From Marsupella aquatica (lineage: Eukaryota > Plantae > Marchantiophyta), in the NCBI GenBank assembly GCA_973895155.1, contig OZ316894.1, positions 22,291,867-22,355,866 on the forward strand: a stretch of DNA of 64,000 bases. Reading direction: 5' to 3'. Under the pieces are notes generated by a model. It was not told where the DNA came from. It made no database searches and saw only the letters and a program-made list of their open reading frames with translations. Both the position numbers and the translations under genes were made by a program. Of the stretch, positions 36,640 to 49,758 are shown one piece after another. Each line of letters opens with the position of its first letter. The stretch's first letter is position 1.

Positions 36640-37742
36640 TTAATTGGATCAACTGGGCTTTGGCAGCCTGCCTCCTAATTTGGGGTTTTGTGTTATTAGT
36701 CCATTCCAAGTTATCAATGGTTTTATTATCACAAGCACACTTAAATAAATAAAGTATTCTGGCTTGATATACAATTATGCAAAACAATTTATAGTGAAGC
36801 TGAGAGAATGTGGAAGTGCTCCAAAAGTTAGAGCATTGCACTAAACTTGTTTGATTTCATCATCAATGGCTGTAACGTACATCTCACTTTAGTTTCATTG
36901 TGAAGCCGATGAACACTAGGCGAAGAGGATGTTCTCTCAAGTGCAGGGATGAATTCTACTGTTTGTTTGTTGCGAGTGATGCACAGAATCCTTTGATTAG
37001 TGGACGGACGACGGACTCCTTTAAATTAGATGCTGCATGGCCCTTAATTCTGGGCTCACTTTAATTGTTCTTTCTGGATATTTTGTGTTGATTTTCGAGT
37101 TGGGTCAAAATCGTTCTAACCCATTCTTGAGATAGAAGTCAGCACTGCGCAAGCTTATAAGATTCACTCGTTGATTCACTCATTCTCCTCTCTGAAGGAC
37201 TCTCCAGAGCTCCTTCGATTCCTGGAATTTCGGAAGTCCAGGGGGTTTTTATAATTATCTGGGGATCAAGATCCGTACTCTGTGGAAACGGAGGTCGGAG
37301 AGGCCTCCTCGTCTGCAATCACTCGGGATCGACCTTCTGAGGCATTGTAGTGACCAATTAAAAGGGTGTCCAACCTTTTGGGTGTTGTCCAGATCTGTAT
37401 CCAAGTTCCTCGGAGTTCTCGTGAATGCGATATTTAGATTTTGAGAGCTTTGAGCAACTGTTGTTGCTGTTTGTCGCCTGAGTGAGGGCTCGGGAAATGT
37501 TTGGTACCCTGAGAAACTACAGTTTGTTGGAAGCAAGATCGATTTTGGAATGCATTATATTGCGGTAAATCTCCGAAGAGGCAGCTAGTTCAAGGACAGC
37601 TCTGACTTCCTGCTCGCTGACGTACTGTGAGAGCTGCAGTTTTCGATCTGATCTTGAGCCATCGTAAGCTTCTAGTTTGTTGTCTGAAAGACGGGAGCTT
37701 ACGTATCTCTTTCGCGAGGAAGAGGTTAAGGGCACGTAGAAT

Positions 37743-40700
37743 ATGGCTACGACGACGACTATAGCTGCAAGCGCCAGTGCGCTACATGCGCAATTGCCCA
37801 TCCGACGAGTTGGAGCTAGAAATGAGCTCAGTGGATATGATAGACAAACACGGAAACACTCTCTTCCCAATGGATTTAAATCATCGGTACTGAGAGTTAA
37901 AACACAATTCTCGGTGAGTATATATGGAGCCGTCAATGAACACGTGTGGGTTGGGCTCACGATGTCACATAAATCTGTTGGATGTTACAGTCACTAATAT
38001 GGATGGTTTGCCACGTTGAACCATAAATCAATGAATTAATATCTCGTTTGAGCTAAATAACTGATATTGGCTTGGTGCATTCACTTTACAGGGAAACCTT
38101 TCCCAGCTCCAGCAGCAACAGCATCATGGAGAGAAGAGCCAAGGATCCAGCCGTGAGAGAAGAATAGAAATGACTATCATGGACAACAGGCCCACAATTC
38201 TATGGCCGCGTCCCATGACGTCTAAGACCCTGGTAGGGGATGGTTGCTGAGTGCATTATTTCTATTCCAGAATTGACGATAACTTTCATAACATACTATT
38301 ATAATTATGTACTAACATCTCCACGCTCCACGTACAACTCACCTCTGAAAACAACGAAATGTACCCAAAATCGAAGATAAAGAAGGGTAAAATTAGAGTG
38401 ACCTCCTTTGGATGCTTTTTCATCGTTTAAACATTGCTGAGGTTGGTTTTTTTTGCAGGCGTATGAGCTCGTCCAAGGTGCTATGGTAAGTCATGAAAAT
38501 CCTCAATCTGTCAATTAAATTCCGTCTTTATGACGATCTATGTGATTATTGCTAAGCGTTCTGCAGTGATTGGCTGTTGATCAGAGTGCTAGAGGTAGTG
38601 AGGCAGTTTGTGATCTGTTGGATGACTGCAGTAAGGCTAGATCTGGCTCGCTCCTGATGTCTTGAAGTGATAATTGAGAATTTATGTGGGATATATATAT
38701 GATGGCTGTGACCTGCAGGCGAGGAAATGGACTGATACAATGGACAAGACACAACCTGATACACCAACTGCAGTTTTGGTGCATGGAATCTTGGGAGCCA
38801 GGAAGAGCTGGGGTAAGTTGGAGTGCACCTAGTGAGTGCCATTTCCTTGTAAAAAAAGAGATATATATATATATTCAAGCGTTGTTCAAAGCGTTGCTTC
38901 GGTTAGGTCCTCACTAGCTTGGGTTCTCTCGATCCCGTGTTTGATTGTCACTAATGGCTTTGGTTGATTGCAAATTGAACGGCATGTAGCTTCTTTTGCC
39001 CGGAGACTTGCACTTGAGTTTCCAACATGGCAGGTATTTATAAGTTGACTCGGTCACCTTATATAGGTTTAATTTGTTCAAATCTTCCTTGCAATATTAT
39101 ATATGGTCTTGCCGACGTCCAACTTCTTAGACATCCTCTGCATGTGATGAACCTTATTGCCTGTGTATCTGATTTGAGGTAGCTAGAGGTAGTGAGAGCC
39201 TTTGCTGTTGGTTTGGTCAGACCTCGCTATTATTTGTCCCCTCGAGGGGATTGAAAGAAAGTTGGTCTTAGTAATTAAGTTCCTTCACTAATTGAGATAG
39301 AGTTTGCCTGGACAGTTTTTGATGGTCGATCTACGCTGTCATGGAGAATCGACTTTCCTCACCAAGCAGGGACCACACTCGGTAGCATCTGCAGCTAATG
39401 ATGTGCTGCAACTGGTACTGCTAATACTCAATCTCTGTTTCTCTACCTAATACTGTCCGACTTGGAAGAATAAAAGGAAGTATATACAGTACAGTGAGTA
39501 GAGATATAGGCAATAATGAATGGTGTGGTCGTATGTTAATTTACCCGTTGCCTGCAGTGGCGCAAACTGAAAGATCGAAATTTCTCCAGTTCTCGCCGAA
39601 ACTTACGGGTAACAAACGTCTTAATTCGTTGGAATCATTGATTACGTACAGGTAGGCGAGCTGAAATTGACTCCTCGACTCCTCATCGGCCACAGTTTTG
39701 GTGGAAAAGGTCTGTAACCAACACAGTGTTCCATCATTCGATTAATTTGTTCATTATATATATTCTACGCATGCGGGAACGACCAAGGACTTCGTTTTTA
39801 CATCTGATTATGAAGTGTAACTGAATATAATTTTGGGGTAAGGACAGTTGACACGTTTCTGAAACAGTTTGTATGGATTGCTCCCTTCTTTGTTGCGGTA
39901 TTGGCAGTTGTACTGAGTATGGTGGACCAAACGGTGAAACCTCTTGCACGACCTGTTCGGGTAAGATATCCTCTCGATCATTTGTACGTCTTTGCTATTA
40001 TGAAATAACCTAGAAACAAGGCATATATACGGTATCGCCTACATTTATAGCTCACAGTAATTCATTAGAGCTGTAGTATATATACCCGTCAATTGATGAC
40101 AAAAGTAGTTCCCTTAATTCGCGGAAGATCTGCGAGATCTTTGTCGATAGACTTCTAGAGTGAAAACTGGATTGGATCCTGGAGATCTACATCGGGCAAG
40201 TAAACGAATATCCACGAGGTGGATCTCCGGAACCCAGTTCGGACTAGGGCTATTATATGGTAGCTGTTAGATCGTAATCTAAAACCCGATTATATTACCA
40301 TTAAAGTACCCCGCATTAATACTTGATGGGTCCTTATAGTATAGCGGATGACAAAAGAAACCTTGATCGAGGTCTCTAGTTCAGTCTCTAGTTACAAGCC
40401 TGGAAGGTACGACTGTCCAGACTGATGGCGGGCAGAATGATTTCTTCTGGTACGTTGAGGAATGTAGTAACACTGGTGATTGCGTACTCTGTCTGCAGGT
40501 TTGGGTGTTGGATGCAACTCCGGGTAACGTCTATGCCGGAGGAGATGATGCAGATCACCCTGAAGAGATTCTTGCTGCCCTTCAAGAAATGCCAGCTGTG
40601 GTACGTGAACAGATGTAGCTAGCTATTATACAGAAAATCTAATTGATCATGTCAACCGGGATGTCAACTGCAGTCTCATGATCGAGCTTCCTTGAATTGA

Positions 40701-42227
40701 CACCTGTGAAACTGTAAAATAATTAAGACTGGGGGGATGGCACACTAATGCATAACTTTATCCATGCATGAACTTCCATACTTATATGTGTTCTCCAATG
40801 TTGACGTTTGGCAGGTTCCTTCAAGGAAAGTAGTCGTTGATGCTCTGGCACGCAAAGGCTTCTCGGACAAAATTGCACAGGTATAGGATGTAAAACTTTT
40901 CATGCAGCAACCCGAATCTTTTATGCCATTGCACGCAAAAGTTGAGATTTCAACGTGCTACATCTGTAGATCACAAAACCAAGCTTTTTCAAACATAAAG
41001 TTCCCGTTGAAGCTACTGTATGTTAGTTTCATAGTTACTACAGCTAAAATTGATTGATGCAGACGTTTCTCAAGCTAAATTCATACAAGAGGTCAGCTGT
41101 CTAGCCTATACGTCAAACAGCAGAGGATGTGGAACTCTTCGAATCCATTGGAAAGGATCAAAACCACATATAATCAGGAGATGAATCATCCCTGAAAATG
41201 ATTTTCTGGATAACTATCAGTTTGGGGAGATTTGCTGTTACTATGTAACAGACGGATCGGAAAGCGGCTGATCTGAATTTTGTCTCTGTGAACCAGTGGA
41301 TGATCACAAATCTGCGGCCAGTGAAAGGCTCCACACCAGGATTTCACTGGGTGTTCGATCTAGAAGGAGTTTCTGATATGTATCGGTCATACACAGAAAC
41401 AAACCTCTGGTAAGTACTCCCGTGAGTACTCGATCAGTTGAAACATTCCAAGATTATGACAGTTTGATGAATCGATCCTACATTCAGTTCAGGTCATTCG
41501 ATTAGGGATCAAATCAGTACTAGCTGTCGTACTGTTTGTCAAACCTCCATGGTAAACTTAATACACTTTCTGATCTCGATCGGTGCTGTCGGCCTTCTAC
41601 ATGGCACCCTTCTCAAGGAATTCGTGGCTTTGGTATGTTCAATGCAGGCCATTAGTGGAGGGTGTACCAGAAGGTGTTCACATCGATTTTTTAAGAGCTG
41701 AGAGAAGTTTGCACACATGGTACCACGCTGATCTAGAGCGCATTCGTACGGCCGAGAGGACGGCATCGAGAGAAGGTGCAGGTGTCAAGCTCCATCTATT
41801 AGAAGAATGTGGACACTGGGTGAGTCCCTAGATCTTGTACTGTGGAGGGGGAATCGAATGTGCTCAGACAGTGGGAACAAAGCCCGACAGACTCTGTTAC
41901 TGACTAGCTACCTTAGAACTTTACGTGCATGAATTTAAATAAAGTACATCCAGTTTAGGGTCCACAGGACAAGATGTGATGCATCATGTTGTTAGATCAA
42001 ACTAATATAAATCTGAATCGAGTGGACTAATTCGAGCCTGTTCCTTAAGTGAAATCTTTTCCTGAACGCAACAGAGTGATTGTGATTGGTATTGACGCTG
42101 TGTCATGATTGTTCGTCTGCAGGTACATACAGATAATCCGGATGGTCTATTCAGAATTTTGACATCTTCGGATTCCCTTGCTACTCCTATCATTACTAGT
42201 CCTCGGCTTCCACTAATCATATTGTAG
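37743..42227 (+). CDS. ABHD11-like alpha/beta hydrolase, 414 aa, probable organellar transit peptide; 13 exons: 37743-37913, 38092-38232, 38459-38485, 38719-38812, 38990-39033, 39316-39414, 39652-39709, 39908-39960, 40499-40600, 40815-40880, 41297-41409, 41648-41819, 42123-42227
   Basis: All introns are GT-AG and join in frame. Motifs: TAVLVHGILG (oxyanion region), VDLRCHG, nucleophile GHSFGG, VWVLDATPG and catalytic His in GHWVHTDNPDGL. Confidence 0.93.
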
Positions 42228-43526
42228 TTTCACCTTTATCGAGACAACTGCCTTAGTTAATTGTTTCTAGCTTTGAACCATTGATCTTAAACTTGTAGTG
42301 TCGCTTTTATACACACAGTCAGGTGATACTTGAAGGAATTTTCTGAGAATGCTTGATTAGTACTCGGAAGCGCCGAAGCAAGGTTGATTGTATACAGTAT
42401 TAAGGGCAGACTGTTGAGAGCCAGAGAGCAAGAGCCTCGGATTAGGATACACCAGAAGTGTCAGACAGAGACGATGAGCGTCTAAGTGGGTTTTGTCCTA
42501 AGCGACTAATGGCTAACAGTAATTAGATAACTGGACTAATACTAAATGACTAACTGTAAGCAAATTAATTACAGTGAGGCGACGGCCCTACTAAATGGTT
42601 TAGGCAATTGGCATGATGGTGGGAGGGTCCTGAGACAGCGCAAGTCTCAGACTTCCAACAATACTACCCCTACTTCTAGTTCGTAGCCCATGAAGTCATC
42701 GTAAATCTGTCCGCACGGGTGGACAATCATCCATCAAATTACTTAGACCTACAATAGATATATAGGATCCGATGCTAAGGAGACCACCACTCTACGAATC
42801 CTTGCTTCAAAACGTACATAAACTTCACGCACTTACCTAAAGACCGCACCTGCATGTACTACTAATATCGATCGACATATATGTTCATCATGATCATGCA
42901 AGGACTCTATCTCTTGTCCTAGCTAGCTAGACAGACGGCCCATCCAACGATAAAACTGGGCAATCGAGAAACATATTTGCAGCCTCAGCCTCTCGAGAGC
43001 TACTGTCGGTCCGGTTGCCTTCTTCAATACGATCATCCCTAACACATGGTCTTTACATGATATATATAAACACGCTCCGCAATGTGCAATTATAATGTGA
43101 GGAGCTTAAGTACGTGGCATAAGGATCTCAGAACTTCAATAATACGATGGTACTTCATGCATGAATACATACAAATGATTTAAGCTAATATGTCAGTGTG
43201 CCAGAACAACTCGTTGCGCAATTTTTTCTTTGCAACCATGAACAGCTTTAATTTCAGTATGGAATTTGCAAAATTAAGAAGTAATTTGGAATATGATTTT
43301 AAGGATGAAAGTTCTTCCGGTTTCCAAGTTGTTAAAAAGGAATCGTGCACCATCTCATGAACATCTACTAGACTTCGTTCCGAGTTCAAAAGTTATTCAC
43401 ACAGATACTGTACCTCATCGACATCAAGCTATACATGTATCTTTCGACACAGATTACTTTCTGTCGGCGCTAAGCTCATTGTTCTCCGAACCAAAATATT
43501 ATTGGCTGAACTATGTTGTTCAGCTA

Positions 43527-43896
43527 TGTGATGGGTGCCCCAAAAAAGCCCCAAGATACTTTTGTCAAAACTACTTACGGATTGCAATACTAGACTGCAA
43601 ATACTGGACTGCCCCCAAGATACTTTTGTCAAAAATACTTACAGGATTGCAATATTAGATTGCAAATATTGGACTGCAAATACTGGACTTTTATACAATT
43701 TATCTTGTTCTAAAGAGACCAAAACAAAATCCAATGTATTGCATGTAGTCTTTGTATTCAGACAGGATCATAATAACCTACGTAGGCAGAAGAAAGAGAT
43801 GAGATAACATTTAATGATTTGTCTTTTTGGTTTATTTCATTCTTTTTGTCACTTTCTTCAGCCTAATGTGACCAAACCCCCTCTGGTCAGGGGTCT
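43527..43896 (+). repeat. Dispersed repeat, copy 1, with an internal duplication of GCCCCAAGATACTTTTGTCAAAA...ATACTGGACT
   Basis: Homologous to 48151-48425 in direct orientation. Confidence 0.85.
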
Positions 43897-45388
43897 GGTT
43901 TAAATGTTGTTGTGTTTTAACAAGAAAAAGAGGGGAACTACTGCTCCTGGTCAGTGAGAATTTTGCGATTCCAATCAGTGTATTTGAAGATAAAAGGATT
44001 GAGAGGCATACCTTAACCGTATATTCTCGTTAAATATCCACGAAATAAGCATCCACGAAATACGTAGCCAGTCCTCCTGATGTTGATCATGAGATGGTTG
44101 CCCTAAACTCTTAACCCCAAATCCTTAAACAAAACACTCAACCAAACCCAGGAGAGGAGAATATTCGTCCATGGGGAGGTTGAGCAGCTCAAAGGGCGAA
44201 AGTGGGCCACAAACTTCGTTTCAGTGCCTAGAGTATACTAAAGGGTTGACTGCGAGCAAAGAGTTGGGTTTATTAGTGTTTAGGGCTAATGGGTACAGTA
44301 GACTGAAACGTTGCCTGCGAGGAAAGAGTAGGGTGAGTATTTAGGGTTAATGGGTTGAGTGTTTAGGGCTGGCCTGGCCGTCCTAAACCAAGCCATTTTG
44401 ACTCTTTTTGCGTTCAGTATTTTGCAAGGTAAGCTTTTCGCAGCAAGACAAATGAATGACTGTCTGTCTATTGTTGCAGCTAAGATATATCACACTGCCC
44501 CAAGGGCAAAAACGCCGAACCGGGAGACATGATCCAAAGACAAAGCAACCCAATGAAGGGAAGGAAAAAGGGGAAAGGGCAGCTGAGAGCAGCAAAATTG
44601 ATCATAAGAATTAAGATAGAGGTGAGAATCTCCAGGTCGACATAGGGTGTGCACAATTTCTCGTACATCGTGATCGACGGTGTGGTGCCCGCCCTTCTTG
44701 GCACCACGGAGGGCTGTTGCGCGGCTTCACCGATGGACAGAGCAGGGCGGGACGAGTCCATGAGGAGGATTGAGCAAGAAGAGAATTTGAGGGATTGTCT
44801 ATGCAGACTGACCGTAAAGTTTGCTTGAGAAGCTAGCCCAGCAGAGATTCAGAAGTGGGTTCAGTTCTTGCTTCAATCGTCGAATTTGTGGTGCTTGTGG
44901 GTACCAATCTAGAGCCATGATGTCCGGATCCTTTGAATCTGAAAGTCTTCCAGGTATGCTTTCTCATCCCTTCACGTCTTCGCTTCTGCTCGCGCCTCGG
45001 ATGGTTCTATTTGAAAAGAAAGACTCTGGTCAGCCGTTTTCCTTGAACCTATTGAGTACTGGAGCGAATTTGCTTTCAAATGAATTTTTGGAACTGAATT
45101 TTGGAACGCCCAGGCGAACCACCTTGTTGACGATATGTTCGTGTTGGTTTATGGGTCCTTTCTGTCTACGAGGTCCAGGTGTTAGTTCTTAGTTTACAAT
45201 AAGTGAATTGATAATAAGACTTCATCATGCAAACCCTCCAGTGCTGTGTCAATATCAACTCAATTTAAATAAACCCCAATGTAAACAAGGGAGACTCAAG
45301 ACACAGGAGAAGTCTAAAAGAGCGGTCTGCAACAGCTGATGGAGTCGGAAACCCCCCTGGCAAGCAGAAGAAACGAACAGCTGATCGA

Positions 45389-46424
45389 GTGGGAGTATCA
45401 AAAGTTTCACAGAAGAAGCAGCGAGTACGTGAATTGCCTGAATTTTGCAGGTGGGAGTGCATCTCTAAACGGTTTGCTAGAATTGTCTCCTCAGCACTCC
45501 TTGGTCCCGGGCCTGAGTGTCAATTTTATCCTTCTGAGGATGATTTGATCGGTAAAATACTCAGTGGTTTCAAAATCACGGCGGACATGCAGCAGGAGGT
45601 TGAATGTTTCGCAAATAGTGGGGAAAGGTAGGGAAAGAGGGCATGCAAGCTCGCGTGAACGACAACATTCGTGACAGAAGGGCTTCTATTCTGCGGGTAC
45701 GATTGTGCGTCGTTTATTGAATCCTAGTATTCATATCCCTAGTTAAATTCCGAAGGACTTGATCTAGGGTTTAAGTTTCACCTTTAATCTATTGTTTCAT
45801 GTTTGTTCATATATGCAGAATTTGAGGGAAGAGTTCTATGCACAGCTTAGACTGCCAAAACCCAGAAAGACAGACCCTGAAGGGAAGCAAGTCGGGTGGA
45901 AACGAAAATTGAAGAGGCTTCAGCAAGGAGACAGCTGGAGAGTTGGGCACTCTGACGGCTCTATCGACCCCTGGGGCTCAGATGCCGTGCATCATAGCAT
46001 TGCAAGAGTAATCCATGGACTTCTTTTTGATCCAAAGACTGTAATTACCATCAATGTGAAACAAGCAGGGTTTTTCTTCCACAATGTAAGTGTGTTTAGT
46101 GATAAAGGATTGTCATTGACTCTTAAGTTGTTATCCATTCTAGATGGAAGAGTAGAGAATTGTACTTAATACAATTGTGTAGTATATTTACCTTGGATCT
46201 CTCTAGATCAAGGTGTCTTTTGAGTTTGTCACTTAAATTTTACGTAACTCTAAACAGAGTTCTTCAATCTCACTCTTATTGTATGTCAGTTGGAGTTGGC
46301 CACTGATGGAGAGGTGATGCAGCCACGCCGTATGTCGTTTCATCAACGAAAAATAGCTGAAATGGAAGAGCGTTTGAAAAACCAGTTCCATAGAGATATG
46401 AAGCGAATAATCGTCACTTTTTGA
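45389..46424 (+). pseudogene. Degenerate spliced gene of unknown function, possibly TE-borne
   Basis: Exon-like blocks joined by GT-AG: ...KVGKEGMQARVNDNIRDRRASILR|gt (about 45696), cag|NLREEFYAQLRL...QAGFFFHN|gtaagt (45819-46085), cag|LELATDGEVMQPRR...IIVTF*. A frameshift near 45620 is needed to link it to ORF 45389. Confidence 0.5.
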
Positions 46425-47859
46425 CGATTATTCGTGCCAAGAGTCTCAGCCGAAACCTGACCTGCCGCATGTACTGGCCTGATTGGGGACCTGCTGCTAC
46501 CAAGAATACCCAAGAATGCAGTGCAAAATCATGAGTATCTGTGAGTGCAGGGCAGCGAATAAGAAAGGAGTCCGAGCAGTCCGACCCCAGAGCAGCAATT
46601 CAAATGGCCTGGTAGGCCGGCCAGTTTTGGTCCGAGAATGTTCAGTTATGCGTTCCCTGGTCTGCTTTGAGAGCAATTGTTATGTCACGGACTCTATGTT
46701 TGGTGTGCGGTCAGCGAGGAACACAATCGACCATGCATGCAAATATGGTTACGCATGCGATAGTTTTTGGAAGTTCACGTGGCCCAAACGCTTTGCAATA
46801 AATGGATATCCAAAGAGGATTGAACGCGGACAGAACTGTATGCGATCTGGCTGGGACTGAAAGTGCCAACCAGTCAAATGAGAAGCAAATTGAAGAGTAG
46901 AGGGCATGTGGGCGAGAGGGTGCTTGATTGGTTTGTGAGGCAGCTTCTTGGGTGGTTTGCGATGCAGCATATAAAGCGGTGAAGCAAACCGTTTGGCCTA
47001 AATCAGCGATTTTGCCCACAGAAAGTAAAGTACACGACCTTGGATCTAACTGGCGCTTGAGCCAATCCATATTCGATGGTAGCGTAGATGTCCAGTTGAG
47101 CCATGATATGGGTTGTTTTTCTTAGATCTAGGGGTAGGTGATGGTGGACTGCTGTTCTTTATCGTGGCCGGTTATGATTGCCAAGGACCTGAGAGTGGCT
47201 CATGTGAAGATTGCTGCAAGTTATTACTTATTATTCATGACTTGGAAAGACAGCAAAACTAAGACGTGCCGATGTCAGTGCGTCGTGCCTACGTCCAGAT
47301 CGATTTCAATTAGGACCCCATTTCAAAGCCCATAGCGGCAGCAAAGCTTCAGATGACAGACCATAGGAACCAGGGACACATGACACCATGAAGACAACGC
47401 TTGACTCGGGAACAAGAGCCACATTGGTTGCCAAATAATACTCTTTCAGTTACATGCTGGTAATGCCAGTCTTTATGCATGGGTGGAACAAGTGCCTCCA
47501 TGCCTGAGAAATGTCAGTATAAACCTAAGCTCTGTTGCCAGTATACTTGGACAAATACTCTGAAGAAATATCTATGAACCTTCCACATTTCTCTTTTAAG
47601 AGAAAAAGTTTATGAAGAAGTCCTGGATGGCATATGAGACTAGGAGATGATAAGAAGGTGCTGACCTTCAGCGATCCACAAGAGATGAAAAGATTGTATC
47701 CACGACGCCTCTTTGTTCCCAATATAATGATTCAGCTGGCATCAGAAGAATACTTATTGCCTCAGTTTTCCTTCCTGAAGTTATCAGCTCTCCCCAGAGC
47801 GCGCTTCAAGTGGGTGACCTCCCTCATATGAGTCAAAATGGCCTGACTTTGGCAGTGAC

Positions 47860-48008
47860 GATAAGATTGGAGGTCAAGAACTCAAACCAAATGAAGACAG
47901 AGTATGCTTCTGAGTGAGTAACTTACAAAAACATTCTCTGAGATAAATTGGAGGTCAAGAACTCAAACCAAATGAAGGCAGAGTATGATTCTGATAGTGA
48001 TTAACTTT
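47860..48008 (+). repeat. Tandem duplication, about 82-bp period
   Basis: ATTGGAGGTCAAGAACTCAAACCAAATGAAG.CAGAGTATG.TTCTGA occurs twice. Confidence 0.88.
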
Positions 48009-48150
48009 CTGAAATTTTGTCTTGTACTCTAGAAAGAAATAAGCAAATCCAACAACGTAAGCTGGCACTAAGATACTGAGGATGCTTGCATAAGTATGAA
48101 AGGAGGAGGTATAGACATTTACAAAAATAATAATTGAAATTGTTTTTAAA

Positions 48151-48425
48151 TGTGATGGGAGCCCAAAAAAAGCCCCCAAGATACTTTTGTCAAAAACATA
48201 TAGGGACTGCAATACTGGACTTCTATACAATTTTCCTTGTTCTAAAGAGACCAAAACAAAATTCAATGTATTGCATACAGTATTTGTATTCAGGCAAGGT
48301 CATAATGGCTTAGGTAGGCAGAGGTGAGGGGAACATTTAATGATTTGTGTTTGTGTTTACTTCATTCTTTTGTTTTTTTCCACTTTGTTCAACCTAATAT
48401 GACTAAACCCCCTTTGGTCAGGTCT
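48151..48425 (+). repeat. Dispersed repeat, copy 2 (homolog of 43527-43896)
   Basis: Shared TGTGATGGG..CCAAAAAAGCCCC..AAGATACTTTTGTCAAAA...CTTGTTCTAAAGAGACCAAAACAAAAT...AAACCCCCT.TGGTCAGG. Confidence 0.85.
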
Positions 48426-48514
48426 CACGGGCGGTCATTGTTGCGGTCATCCCGCGGGGTAATTAAATTGATGATTTTACTTCAAGGACAGAGCTCCCCG
48501 CAGCCAGGTTTGAA

Positions 48515-48770
48515 ATGATGGGCAACTTGTCGAGTTTCCGGGCACGTAAACTCGTCATTTGCCGGGCAAAAATCAACCCAAATGCGGGATATTTCTTGTT
48601 ATTCCCCGGGCCAGGCCGGGTGTGGGGTTGGGGCCGGGACAGGCCATGACAGGCTGGGGTCGGGCCGGGACAGGGTCGGGGCGGGGTGTGAGTCGGCGGG
48701 GCCGGGTCGGGAAGTCAAGATTGGGTGGCTCGGATGGTCCAGGTGACGAGTTGCCGGTTGACCGACTCTA
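48515..48770. mobile_element. GC-rich MITE remnant with GGGCCGGG/GGGTCGGG subterminal repeats (hAT-like)
   Basis: Iterated GGGCCGGG motifs. AACTCGTCA on the left mirrors TGACGAGTT on the right, and the right terminus is ...CCGACTCTA. The left terminus is poorly conserved. Confidence 0.45.
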
Positions 48771-49758
48771 AAGCCTCTATTTACTGGGCAAGTCCAAACC
48801 CGGCAATAAATAAGGAGGACCATAAGCGCTGGGGCAGTAACGAGTTGAGGCTAATGTCGTTTAGTACAATAATGTCAGATGGCGAGCACAAGAATCTCAT
48901 TCATAAGTAAATGTAAATTAAAGCGAATTTGTCACTGCGGGATCCCGTGTAGGACAACTTTTGTGCAATATTTCTTGCAACCGTGAACAGCTTTCATTCT
49001 GCAATTGCAAACTTAAAAAGTAATATAGCGATGATTCTGTATCTAAATATCTAGTCAAGAATGGCCTGCCCTCCTCACCAGAAATTTTCCGAAAGGAACA
49101 TCATTGTTGCTTTCATCCAGGTGGGTGAAATGACGAGTTCTCTTCGAAGTACAAAGCTCTACTGGTGAACGTCTTTACGAACTTTCCAACTACCTTCACT
49201 GGGACCTCTCACGGACGCAGGCTGTAATTATATATAACTATCTCACAGTTAGTCCACATCTGAAACTATTAATAAACGAAGATTCCTACAGCTAGGGTCG
49301 TCTTATTTTTAGGTGGGAAAATGCGATAGATGTCGACGATCGTCATTGGTCATGAATTATTGGTTGACTTTAGCTTGAAATAATTTGCCGTAGACCGGCT
49401 GTAGGGTCCCGAATTCTCCCTGAATTATGTGTAATCTGCTGACGTGCAAAACATTCGAATGCTATGTATAATAGTGCCAGCACCTCGATCTCGCTCCACT
49501 TCTGTACATAGCTTCGGCCGTCGTTGACAATCGTCGAGGTTCGAACAATGGAGAGAAGGAATCTCGGCGTCGAGGTGCCTGCATGGAAATCTTTTTTTTG
49601 CCTGATTTGCGTTGAACATGGTCCACGCGAGCTTGGATTGCATTGCTCACCTGCATACATTTGAGACCGAACTCAAGCAAGGCGAGGTGTATTTCCCCAA
49701 CGGATTTCAAGTGTCAGGAAATAGTTCAACCCGTCAAAGCTCAGGAATCTAGACTGCG

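Noticed and set aside
43527-48425. Calling the direct-repeat-bounded block an LTR retrotransposon
   Set aside because: No matching TSD, PBS, PPT or gag/pol motifs. Kept only as an unclassified finding.
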